From contig DACV01000003.1 in assembly GCA_002494885.1 (NCBI GenBank), positions 77,433-109,432 on the forward strand: 32,000 nucleotides of DNA, read 5' to 3'. Both the position numbers and the translations under genes were made by a program. Source of the stretch: Methanobacterium sp. UBA44 (lineage in GTDB: Archaea; Methanobacteriota; Methanobacteria; Methanobacteriales; Methanobacteriaceae). The notes beneath the pieces were generated by a model. That model was given only the letters and a program-made list of their open reading frames with translations. It did no database searches and was not told where the DNA came from. Below are positions 22,420 to 32,000 of this stretch, in pieces. Positions within the stretch are counted from its first letter, which is position 1; each line of letters starts with the position of its first letter.

Positions 22420-25128
22420 TTAGTTTTTAAGTTTAGATACTGCAAAATCAAGCGCTTCATGCATTTTATCTTTATTTGGGCCTGCACCTTGAGCTAAATT
22501 TGGCCTTCCGCCTCCGCCTCCGCCAAGAATTGCTGCAGCTTCTTTTATGATTTCATTAATCTTAATACCTGATTCAATAGCTTCGCGAGATGAAGTTCCC
22601 ACAATTTTACCTTCCAAATTACCTAAAAGGACAACATCAAATTCTCCATCATCGTCAGTGAGATCTAAGGCCATTTTCTGCATCTCACCCATATCTGCAT
22701 CGATCATATCCTCTAAGACTTTCAGATCACCGATATTTTCTGCTTTACCCATTAAAGTTTGCATCTTTAATGTGGCCATCCCATCTTTAAGTCGTTTTAT
22801 TACATTCTTAAATGATTTCCATTCATTGAAAAACCTTTCGCATGTTTTTGGGAGCTGTTCTGTTTCAACACTGAAAATTGAAGCGCTTTCTTTTAATAAA
22901 TTGTCATTTGACTGAATTGCCTCAATTGCAGCTTCACCTGCTGAAAATTCAATTCTTTCAACACCATCCTGAATTCTTTCAGTCTTTGTTATCTTAATAA
23001 GTCCTATATCTCCAGTCATGTTACAATGTGTTCCCGCACATGCCTGTACATCAACATCATCGATTTTAACGGTTCTAATTGACATTCCAGGAACTACTCC
23101 TCCCTGATAAAGGATAAATCCATACTTTTTCTCGGCTTCAGCCCTTGCCATCCAGTTTGTTAGAACAGGACGGTTTTCCATGATGTATTTATTTGCATGA
23201 AGCTCGATTTCCTGTAATTCCCCTGGCCTTATCCTCTTGTAATGAGAAATATCAATTCTTGACTTTTTAACGCCTTTTTGAGCTCCTGCCTGCCATACAT
23301 GGTCTCCCAGGACTTTTCTTGCTGAAGCAACGATTAAGTGAGTTGCAGTGTGATTCCTTGTCAAAGCCTGTCTTCTGGAAAGGTCGATTTGGCCAGTAAT
23401 TATCTGACCTTTATATGGATGAACTTTTTCAATATCTTCTTTATTTACGCTGTGTAAAACAATATTATCAACTTTTTCGGCGTGAAAAACCTTTATTTTC
23501 TCCCCACGTATATCCAAATATCCAATATCAGAAGGTTGACCGCCTCCTTCGGGATAAAATAGTGTTTGGTCCAGTATCACATTGTTTTCATAAGTTCCAA
23601 GTACATGAGCCTCAAATTCTGTTTCATAAGGGTTTTCATAGAATAATAGGCCTGTAACAGGGAATTCAAGCCCAATTTCAGATTCTTCTTCATGAATTTC
23701 TTCTTCATGCTCATTTGCAACTAAAGTATAAAAATTATCTGGAACGTTCACTTTAAAGTCCATTCTTTCTGCAATTTCCTTTGCAGTTTCAGGCGGCATT
23801 CCATGTGATTCATAAAGTTCTTTAAGCGTTTCAAATGGCATTACATCTTTATTTTTCTTTTTAAGCTTTTTAACGCTCCTTTTAACAAGTTCCCTGCCTT
23901 TTGAAACAGTTTTAAGATATCTTTTATCTTCCAGATTGATAACATTGAGTATATGATCTTGATGTTGCCTGATTTCTGGATATGTCTTTGATAAGAAGTC
24001 AAGCTGTATTTTCATTATATCTGCCAGGGATTCTTTTAGTCCAAGGTCTTTAATGAACCTGATTGTTCTCCTTAAAACTAATCTTGCCAGATATCCTTCT
24101 TTAACATTAGATGGAATTACTCCATCAGCAAGCATGAATGCAAGGCATCGTGTGTGGTCTGCAATTACATATATGGATTCCATTGGCTTAGTAGCCCTTT
24201 CAAGTTCATCTAATGGAATATCTAATCTTTCAGCAACCTTTGACCTTAATTCTCTAAGGTCTGCAAAGGTTTCAATATCCATCATCCCTGCAACCTGGGC
24301 ATTTTCAGCGAGGATTTTTTCATCCACTTCAACACCAGATAATTCTTTTAATTCATTTATTACAGGACCAAACGAAGCATCATAAGCTGTAGGGGTCCCT
24401 TGGGATATCCAGGCAAATCTTTCAAGTCCATATCCAGTATCTACAATTGTAAGTGGAATTTCTTCAAGTTTTCCACCAGGTAGAGTTTTATATTTTATAA
24501 AAACAAGTGTTGCAAGTTCTACTCCTCTAACACAAATCTCATAGCATGGACCGGCATTTCCTCCACCTTCCCACCATGATTCAATATAAGTAATTTCTTC
24601 AGGATTAATCCCAATGTACTTTATAAAGTCATGACAGTATTTTACTGTTTCATCTTCCCAGTAAATCTGTTCATTGTCAGAATTAAAAGCGTGATGCCCG
24701 CCCATTGTAAAACAAGTCATGTGTCTGCCGGTTCTTCCCACATTATCTACATCGTTAAGTCTAATTGATGGCTGTGCTACAACTAACGGGTTTGCAGGCG
24801 GATTTACTGCTCCCGATGTGACCCATGGTTGAAAATCGTATATTGACGCTCCAACCAAGAAAACGTCATCTCTCCATCTTTTTGCAAGAACTGGATATCT
24901 ATTTATGGGAGTGTGGCCATTTTGAGCAAAAAATTCAATGAAAGTTTTCTGTATTTCATAAAGATCGTATTTTTTATCTGTAGCTGGATTTCCGATAAAT
25001 GTATATTCGTCGCAAGGAGCATCTCCACACGTATCTCTATCCCCAATAGACCAAAAATCGTTTCCACAAGTAATACAAGTTTTTTTAGTATATCCAAGTT
25101 CTTCAAGCTGGCGAGACATAGTAATCAT
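22420..25128 (-). CDS. alaS: Alanine--tRNA ligase
   Basis: 902 aa archaeal-type AlaRS. N-terminal zinc motif CITCGNDFWS...CGDAPC, editing-domain HTATHL...CAGTHC and a C-terminal DHHA1-like GGGGGGRPNLAQGAG. ATG at 25119 (MSRQLEEL) is an alternative start. Confidence 0.95.
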   Translation of the reverse strand: MITMSRQLEELGYTKKTCITCGNDFWSIGDRDTCGDAPCDEYTFIGNPATDKKYDLYEIQKTFIEFFAQNGHTPINRYPVLAKRWRDDVFLVGASIYDFQPWVTSGAVNPPANPLVVAQPSIRLNDVDNVGRTGRHMTCFTMGGHHAFNSDNEQIYWEDETVKYCHDFIKYIGINPEEITYIESWWEGGGNAGPCYEICVRGVELATLVFIKYKTLPGGKLEEIPLTIVDTGYGLERFAWISQGTPTAYDASFGPVINELKELSGVEVDEKILAENAQVAGMMDIETFADLRELRSKVAERLDIPLDELERATKPMESIYVIADHTRCLAFMLADGVIPSNVKEGYLARLVLRRTIRFIKDLGLKESLADIMKIQLDFLSKTYPEIRQHQDHILNVINLEDKRYLKTVSKGRELVKRSVKKLKKKNKDVMPFETLKELYESHGMPPETAKEIAERMDFKVNVPDNFYTLVANEHEEEIHEEESEIGLEFPVTGLLFYENPYETEFEAHVLGTYENNVILDQTLFYPEGGGQPSDIGYLDIRGEKIKVFHAEKVDNIVLHSVNKEDIEKVHPYKGQIITGQIDLSRRQALTRNHTATHLIVASARKVLGDHVWQAGAQKGVKKSRIDISHYKRIRPGELQEIELHANKYIMENRPVLTNWMARAEAEKKYGFILYQGGVVPGMSIRTVKIDDVDVQACAGTHCNMTGDIGLIKITKTERIQDGVERIEFSAGEAAIEAIQSNDNLLKESASIFSVETEQLPKTCERFFNEWKSFKNVIKRLKDGMATLKMQTLMGKAENIGDLKVLEDMIDADMGEMQKMALDLTDDDGEFDVVLLGNLEGKIVGTSSREAIESGIKINEIIKEAAAILGGGGGGRPNLAQGAGPNKDKMHEALDFAVSKLKN

Positions 25129-25212
25129 TATAAAAATTATTAATATTTAAAATAATGCAATTAAAATAAAAAAAATAGTAAAGAGAGCCAATTTCTTGGC
25201 TTTGAATTGGAA

Positions 25213-25524
<312 letters not shown>

Positions 25525-25551
25525 ATGATCACCTCAATATTTTAAAATCAT

Positions 25552-25630
25552 TCAAAATCGTAGATTTTGGAGCGCAAAACAGAGTTTTGCTGGCTTCGAT
25601 TTTGATGCCCTGCAAAAACTTAGTTTCTGC
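25552..25630. repeat. Tandem array of 3-4 hairpins (locus c) between the L10 and P1 genes
   Basis: 25553-25569: CAAAATC-GTA-GATTTTG, 7 bp perfect. 25574-25590: GCAAAAC-AGA-GTTTTGC, 7 bp perfect. 25592-25609: GGC.TC/GA.GCC, weak. 25612-25630: GCAAAAA-CTTAG-TTTCTGC, one mismatch. Confidence 0.75.
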
Positions 25631-25651
25631 CGGTTTAATTTATAATTAAGA

Positions 25652-26656
25652 TTAGCCAAACAAGGCACCTAACCCTGCTGCTGCATCTTCTTCTTTATCT
25701 TCTTCCTCTTCTTCGTCTTCTTTATCTTCTTCTTTATCTTCCTCTTTAACTTCAACAGCCTTTGGGCGTGATTTCAGTTTTTCCAGAAGTTCATCATCAA
25801 GTGCTTCTTCATTTTTAGCTGATAAATCAGATGCTAATGCTAACATCTGTGAGTAAGCCTTGGATAACAGTAAATCTGTTGTTTTAGATGTAAGTATCTC
25901 AGCATTTAATGCCAGATTCATTGCTTTAGTTTGAGCATTCATTATTATGAGATCCATTGTCTCTTTAGTGTATATAGATGCATTTACTGAAAGATTCAAT
26001 GCTCTCCGGAATGCATTTTGTATATCTGACAATGTTTTCTCTTCATCTATTGTTAGAAGATCAGATGTGTAAATTGCTTCATCTTCATATGCTGCTACTA
26101 AGTCAATTCCAACTTCCATTGGTTGGATGTCAAGTCTTGTAAGAATACTTGCCACATCTCGAGGAACTGCTTCTCCCTCTGCAACAATTACCATATCCTT
26201 GGTTATAACAATTTTTCCTTTTTCAATTTTAGCAGGAATACCTACTTTTTGGAGTTCTCCAAGAATAGGGCCTGGATTAAAAGCAGTGTCACCTTTAGGC
26301 ACTACAATATCTGATGGAGCTATGCTTCCAGCTTTTGCCGGTGCTGCAGTTTTACTAGCTTCAAGAATCTTGAAGAGTTTAAACGGATTCATATCCGTAA
26401 AGATCAATGCTGGTTGACCTTCCATATGTTCACCGAGTGCATCTATATTAGATTTTTCAGATTCACTCAAAGCTAAGCTCATCAATGTTTTTCTTGACAT
26501 CTTAATGACTGTAGTGTCCTTCAAGCTCTGCCGCATTTTCTGAAGCTGAGGAGCCGGTATATCTGCCAGATTAGCCATGCCCACCACATTGTGAGTTTTA
26601 ATAAGCTCTTTGATGTCATTTACCTCTTCTTTTTTCCATTCAGCAACATGAGCCAT
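25652..26656 (-). CDS. rpl10: 50S ribosomal protein L10 (P0)
   Basis: 334 aa. [13 protein letters not shown]-terminus and an acidic C-terminal tail ending [10 protein letters not shown]. Its ATG overlaps the L1 stop (TAATG). Confidence 0.9.
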   Translation of the reverse strand: MAHVAEWKKEEVNDIKELIKTHNVVGMANLADIPAPQLQKMRQSLKDTTVIKMSRKTLMSLALSESEKSNIDALGEHMEGQPALIFTDMNPFKLFKILEASKTAAPAKAGSIAPSDIVVPKGDTAFNPGPILGELQKVGIPAKIEKGKIVITKDMVIVAEGEAVPRDVASILTRLDIQPMEVGIDLVAAYEDEAIYTSDLLTIDEEKTLSDIQNAFRRALNLSVNASIYTKETMDLIIMNAQTKAMNLALNAEILTSKTTDLLLSKAYSQMLALASDLSAKNEEALDDELLEKLKSRPKAVEVKEEDKEEDKEDEEEEEDKEEDAAAGLGALFG

Positions 26657-27294
26657 TAGATCACCCTCGCTACTGGACCCATTGTTGTTTTAATATACAT
26701 GGATTTTATCTGGTTTCTTCCTTTCTCCAGTTTTCTGTCTAAAATTCCAAGGACAGCTTCCACGTTATCTGCAATTAGCTCATCATCCATATCCTGGGAA
26801 CCAATAATTGCCTGGATAACTGGTTGATCCTTTATTCTAACTTTTACTGTATTGTTAAGTCTTTCCATTATTGGATCTGGTTTTATAGACGCTGGAACTG
26901 GTTTTGGCATCTTTTTTCGAGGCCCAAGGACTGGTCCTAAAAATCTACCCACTTGAGGCATCATATCTGCCTGCGCAACAAAAAATGTGTATTCATTAGC
27001 CATTTTTTTGGCCTGTTTCCGGTCTTTTCCAAGATCTTCTAAATCCTGTTTGTTGATTACAAGATCTGCACCGGCATTTTTTGCCTGAACTGCCAGTTCA
27101 CCATCTGCTATAAAGGCAATTTTAATGCCTTTACCTCGTCCATTTGGAAGGAAGACTTCTTCATCAAATCTGTTTTCTGGTTTTTTCACGTCTAAATCTT
27201 TGATATTTATAACAACATCTATAGACTGTGTGAAGTTTCTCGGCTTAGATTCACTCTTAGCCTTCTTCACCGCTTCCAATATCTCTTGATTCAT
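26656..27294 (-). CDS. rpl1: 50S ribosomal protein L1
   Basis: [33 protein letters not shown]... is typical of L1. The ATG (complement of 27292-27294) sits 6 nt after GGAGG. The ORF-track TTG at 27297 is one codon upstream. Confidence 0.9.
   Translation of the reverse strand: MNQEILEAVKKAKSESKPRNFTQSIDVVINIKDLDVKKPENRFDEEVFLPNGRGKGIKIAFIADGELAVQAKNAGADLVINKQDLEDLGKDRKQAKKMANEYTFFVAQADMMPQVGRFLGPVLGPRKKMPKPVPASIKPDPIMERLNNTVKVRIKDQPVIQAIIGSQDMDDELIADNVEAVLGILDRKLEKGRNQIKSMYIKTTMGPVARVI
27230..27270 (-). promoter_or_regulatory. L1-binding autoregulatory mRNA structure inside the 5' end of the L1 gene
   Basis: The minus strand reads GUGAAGAAGGCUAAGAGUGAAUCUAAGCCGAGAAACUUCAC. It forms helix GUGAAG/CUUCAC, helix GGCU/AGCC plus AGA/UCU, and an asymmetric loop GAGAAA. 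As I recall it, this nearly matches the Methanococcus vannielii L1 mRNA operator (GUGAAGGAGGCU...AAGCCGAGAAACUUCAC). It starts 24 nt after the ATG. Confidence 0.6.
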
Positions 27295-27391
27295 CAAATT
27301 CCTCCATGAACTTCTTTGATAAAAAGTTCACAATAATTGATTAGTTAATCAAATGGATTATTCTGGTCAATTTAATAATAAAATTTATTTT

Positions 27392-28314
<923 letters not shown>

Positions 28315-28359
28315 AATATCACTTACCTGAATTATTTAACTAATTCTTATGGATTAAAG

Positions 28360-28545
28360 TTATAAGAAACCAGTTAGCTGGGCAACTAAGGTTATTATAA
28401 ACCCTATTACTCCTATTATTATGATTCCTATTCCTGTTATTTTTGCTACATTTTGAAATTCTTCTCTATCCGGCCTTTTTGATATAATCAGTACTCTTTT
28501 ACACTGTTTTATAAATTGGGAGATAGTTTCTCTATTGAAATTCAT
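28360..28545 (-). CDS. secE: Protein translocase subunit SecE/Sec61-gamma
   Basis: 61 aa. KRPDREEF followed by one C-terminal TM helix (ITGIGIIIIGVIGFIITLVAQL). Conserved synteny upstream of spt5. Confidence 0.8.
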   Translation of the reverse strand: MNFNRETISQFIKQCKRVLIISKRPDREEFQNVAKITGIGIIIIGVIGFIITLVAQLTGFL

Positions 28546-28741
28546 AAAAATACCTGCTTAAATCCTATAGAATAAGTTATTGAATAAATTAAATGTGATA
28601 GAATAATATATTTCCTAAGTTATCCTATATAAATGGTAGTAGTTTATTTTCTTTATGAATTTATAAACCTTTTCATTTTTATAGATAACTAAAACTAGTC
28701 ATGATAGAGAAAATCTTATGGTGTTTCAAAAATTCTTGAAA

Positions 28742-29893
28742 TTAAAAAACACCATCTATAAATTCTTCTAAAGCTGATTCCTTGACTGGTTCTTTAGTTT
28801 CCTCCTCCATATACTCGCGTTCTGCAGGTACACCGAATATATGAGGTGATTTCACTCCAGCTACTACAAGGGTTGTTCTGATAACATTCTGGAGCTCTTC
28901 CTGTATCTGAGTACCCCATATTATGTTTGCATCTGGATCCAATTCATCAGCAACTATCTGAACAATCTTTTCAGCCTCATGTAATGTTAGATCTGAGCTT
29001 CCGGATATGTTTATCAGGGCGCCTTTAGCATTTGAAATGTCCAGATCAAGTAATGGACTGTTTAATGCTTCATGTACTGACTCTATTGCTCTATCACCAG
29101 ATTCAGATTCACCCATACCTATCATTGCCATTCCAGATTCTTTCATTATGCTTCTAATGTCTGCAAAATCAAGAGCTACGAGACCGGGCTTTGTGATAAG
29201 TTCTGTTATTCCTTTAACAGCTCTTCCCAGAAGTTCGTCTGTAACCATGAAAGCTTTATTTATTGGTAGATTTGGTGCTACTTCCAGTAATTTATCATTA
29301 GGTATTACAATAACGGTATCTGCTGAACTCTGGAGCTTATCTAAACCTTTCTCAGCATTTTCGCGTCTTCGAAGTCCTTCAGCGCTGAAAGGCATTGTTG
29401 CAACAGCAATTGTTAGTGCACCAATCTTTTTGGCCAGGTTTGCAATAACTGGAGCAGATCCTGTTCCAGTACCTCCACCAAGCCCACATGTTACAAAAAC
29501 CATGTCAGCTCCTTCTAGCCTTTCTTTTATCTGTTCTTCGCTCTCTTCTGCGCTTTGCTCACCTATTTCAGGTATACCTCCAGCGCCAAGCCCACCACAT
29601 GTTCCTTTACCTATCAATATCTTCTGATGTGAGTTTGAATAGAAAAGATCCTGAGCATCAGTGTTTACACTAATTGTATCTGCTCCTTCTATTCCTATTT
29701 CCATTAACCTCGAAACTGTATTATTTCCAGCCCCTCCAGTTCCAACAACCAATATCTTAGCCTTGCTTTCTTCTATGATATTTTGTAAGTCACTGTTAAT
29801 ATCCGATATATCGATGCTATTTTGTATATCATTAGGTCTTCTCTCTCTTCTCACTTCTGATTCTTTTAAGGTATTATTTATAAGAGATTTCAA
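28742..29893 (-). CDS. ftsZ: Cell division GTPase FtsZ
   Basis: [10 protein letters not shown], the tubulin signature [18 protein letters not shown], and T7-loop region [10 protein letters not shown]. Confidence 0.95.
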   Translation of the reverse strand: MKSLINNTLKESEVRRERRPNDIQNSIDISDINSDLQNIIEESKAKILVVGTGGAGNNTVSRLMEIGIEGADTISVNTDAQDLFYSNSHQKILIGKGTCGGLGAGGIPEIGEQSAEESEEQIKERLEGADMVFVTCGLGGGTGTGSAPVIANLAKKIGALTIAVATMPFSAEGLRRRENAEKGLDKLQSSADTVIVIPNDKLLEVAPNLPINKAFMVTDELLGRAVKGITELITKPGLVALDFADIRSIMKESGMAMIGMGESESGDRAIESVHEALNSPLLDLDISNAKGALINISGSSDLTLHEAEKIVQIVADELDPDANIIWGTQIQEELQNVIRTTLVVAGVKSPHIFGVPAEREYMEEETKEPVKESALEEFIDGVF

Positions 29894-30109
29894 TTCCTAC
29901 CCCCACAGCCAATGTTGTTAAATTTATTTGTGGTATTGTAATAACTTGTATTTAAAAGCAACGGTTATATTACTCATAATTTGCCATCTTACAAATAATT
30001 TTTTGGTTTTTTTAGAAAAAATATCTTAAAAAAAGCATTTGTTAATAATATTAAAAATTAATGTAATACTTTCATGTATATTGATCGTCCCAGATTAATA
30101 GATTTTTAA

Positions 30110-30673
30110 TCAAGATCGAGGCATTGCTATTATTTCTTTAATTTGAAGGTCGAAGAAATTGCTCATATTAGCTGCCTTTAAAACTACTGCAGCATCTACA
30201 CCCTGTGCAGTCCCCCCAATTGCAATAATTTCTTCATCTACAGGAATTAAGCCCGCATCTGCAGCCATAATAGTAATTTCCACACAAACTTTTATTCCTT
30301 GGCCAAAGAGTCGTAAAGTGGCAGCTATAATCTCAACAGGAGTTATACCACTGAATTTATTAGAAATACCTCGTCCAACACCGCTTAATGCATGAGAACC
30401 AGCATAAAAAGTAATATTATTTTCATTAAGTTTTTCTATATTTTCCTGAGTTATTTCAAGCTTTCCTTTTTCTTTAAACCCAGCATGATGAGTTATACTG
30501 ACTATATCAACATTTTCAATTGCTTCACGCAATTTTAAAGCGCTTTTTCCTGATACAGACGCAATAACAATTGTTTTTATATCTAATTCTTCTTTCCTTT
30601 GCTTTACAAGTTCTATCACTTTATCTGTATTTTCAACGCCCTTATTTTCAAAATAATTAATGGTTTTTTCCAT
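30110..30673 (-). CDS. Pyruvate kinase C-terminal (alpha/beta) domain-like protein, function unknown
   Basis: 187 aa. [14 protein letters not shown] and [21 protein letters not shown]...IAIGGT resemble the stand-alone PK C-domain family found in archaea. Motif-level recognition only. Confidence 0.55.
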   Translation of the reverse strand: MEKTINYFENKGVENTDKVIELVKQRKEELDIKTIVIASVSGKSALKLREAIENVDIVSITHHAGFKEKGKLEITQENIEKLNENNITFYAGSHALSGVGRGISNKFSGITPVEIIAATLRLFGQGIKVCVEITIMAADAGLIPVDEEIIAIGGTAQGVDAAVVLKAANMSNFFDLQIKEIIAMPRS

Positions 30674-30846
30674 CTAATCACCAGTTCTTTTTTTAAGATA
30701 ATTTAAACCCTTTAAATCACTTATTTTTAATATATTTTAATATATATAACAAATTTTATATAAATAATGCGACAAAAAAGACTATATTCAAGTTAAAGAA
30801 TAAGAATAATTTTAGTTTAAGCATGAAATTTTAAAAAGGTGACAGA

Positions 30847-31622
<776 letters not shown>

Positions 31623-31623
<1 letters not shown>

Positions 31624-32000
31624 TGATAGACGAAATAACAATTCTCGGTGGTTATGACAAGCAGGGAAATAAAGAACCTGTAGAAAAAGTTATAATCAAA
31701 AAAGGAGAGATATTTGGAGTAGTAGGTCCCACAGGAAGTGGAAAAAGTTCACTTATCGGCGATATTGAACAGCTCGCCCAGGAAGATACATTTTCAAAGA
31801 GGAAAATCCTTGTAGACAATAAAGAGCCCAGTTATGAAGACAGAACCAATCCAAGGAAAAAAATGGTAGCACAGCTATCTCAGAATATGAATTTTCTGGC
31901 AGACATGAGTGTTGGAGATTTCCTGAACCTGCATGCTAAATGTCGAGGAGCAAGCAATAAATGTGTCAACGCCGTAGTCAAACTTGCAAACACACTCACT
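31623..32000 (+). CDS. ABC-type ATPase, N-terminal part (runs off the window)
   Basis: Hand translation: [53 protein letters not shown]..., with Walker A GPTGSGKS. It is open through position 32000. Its ATG overlaps the comA stop (TAATG). Confidence 0.7.

Noticed and set aside
22547-24385. Plus-strand ORFs inside alaS (22547-22915, 23415-23657, 24053-24385), and the 24903-25143 pair
   Set aside because: They are antisense or alternate-frame to a 902-aa AlaRS with clear motifs, and have no independent support.
27298-27391. Palindrome TTGATTAgtTAATCAA and hairpin TGAACTT...AAGTTCA in the L11-L1 spacer, as a distinct regulatory system
   Set aside because: They are short and AT-rich, and plausibly just part of the L1-operon promoter and leader. 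The recognisable L1 operator lies inside the coding region instead. There is not enough evidence to call a feature.

Overview
AT-rich archaeal chromosome segment. The gene content points to a pseudomurein-walled methanogen of the Methanobacteriales type: comA, a methanogenesis-marker-16-type protein, hypD, GGGP synthase, archaeal ribosomal proteins, Mur-ligase homologues and pseudomurein-binding repeats. About 32 protein genes are supported, and most are housekeeping. They include the conserved ftsZ-secE-spt5-L11-L1-L10-P1-alaS block on the minus strand, tsr3, rpl40e, hypD, a TldD/PmbA protease, a radical-SAM protein and a ChlI/ChlD-type chelatase. I found no rRNA, tRNA, CRISPR array or mobile element. 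Three things stand out. (1) A tightly packed five-gene minus-strand operon (5570-12600) encodes three Mur-ligase modules, two of them fused into one 930-aa protein. It also encodes a membrane-anchored VanW-like protein with an HGVC cysteine motif, a MobA-like nucleotidyltransferase and an LCP-family phosphotransferase. I read this as a pseudomurein envelope-assembly module whose non-ligase members are candidates for biochemically unassigned steps. (2) A secreted protein with pseudomurein-binding repeats and a transglutaminase/Pei-like Cys-His-Asp domain is co-transcribed with a PepSY protein (18185-20046). (3) Three intergenic loci carry tandem arrays of short hairpins built on a shared CAAAA...TTTTG stem theme (3447-3649, 22087-22269, 25552-25630). 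One of them abuts and partly sequesters a Shine-Dalgarno sequence. An L1 autoregulatory mRNA motif is also recognisable inside the L1 gene. All family assignments come from reading motifs by eye; no database search was possible.
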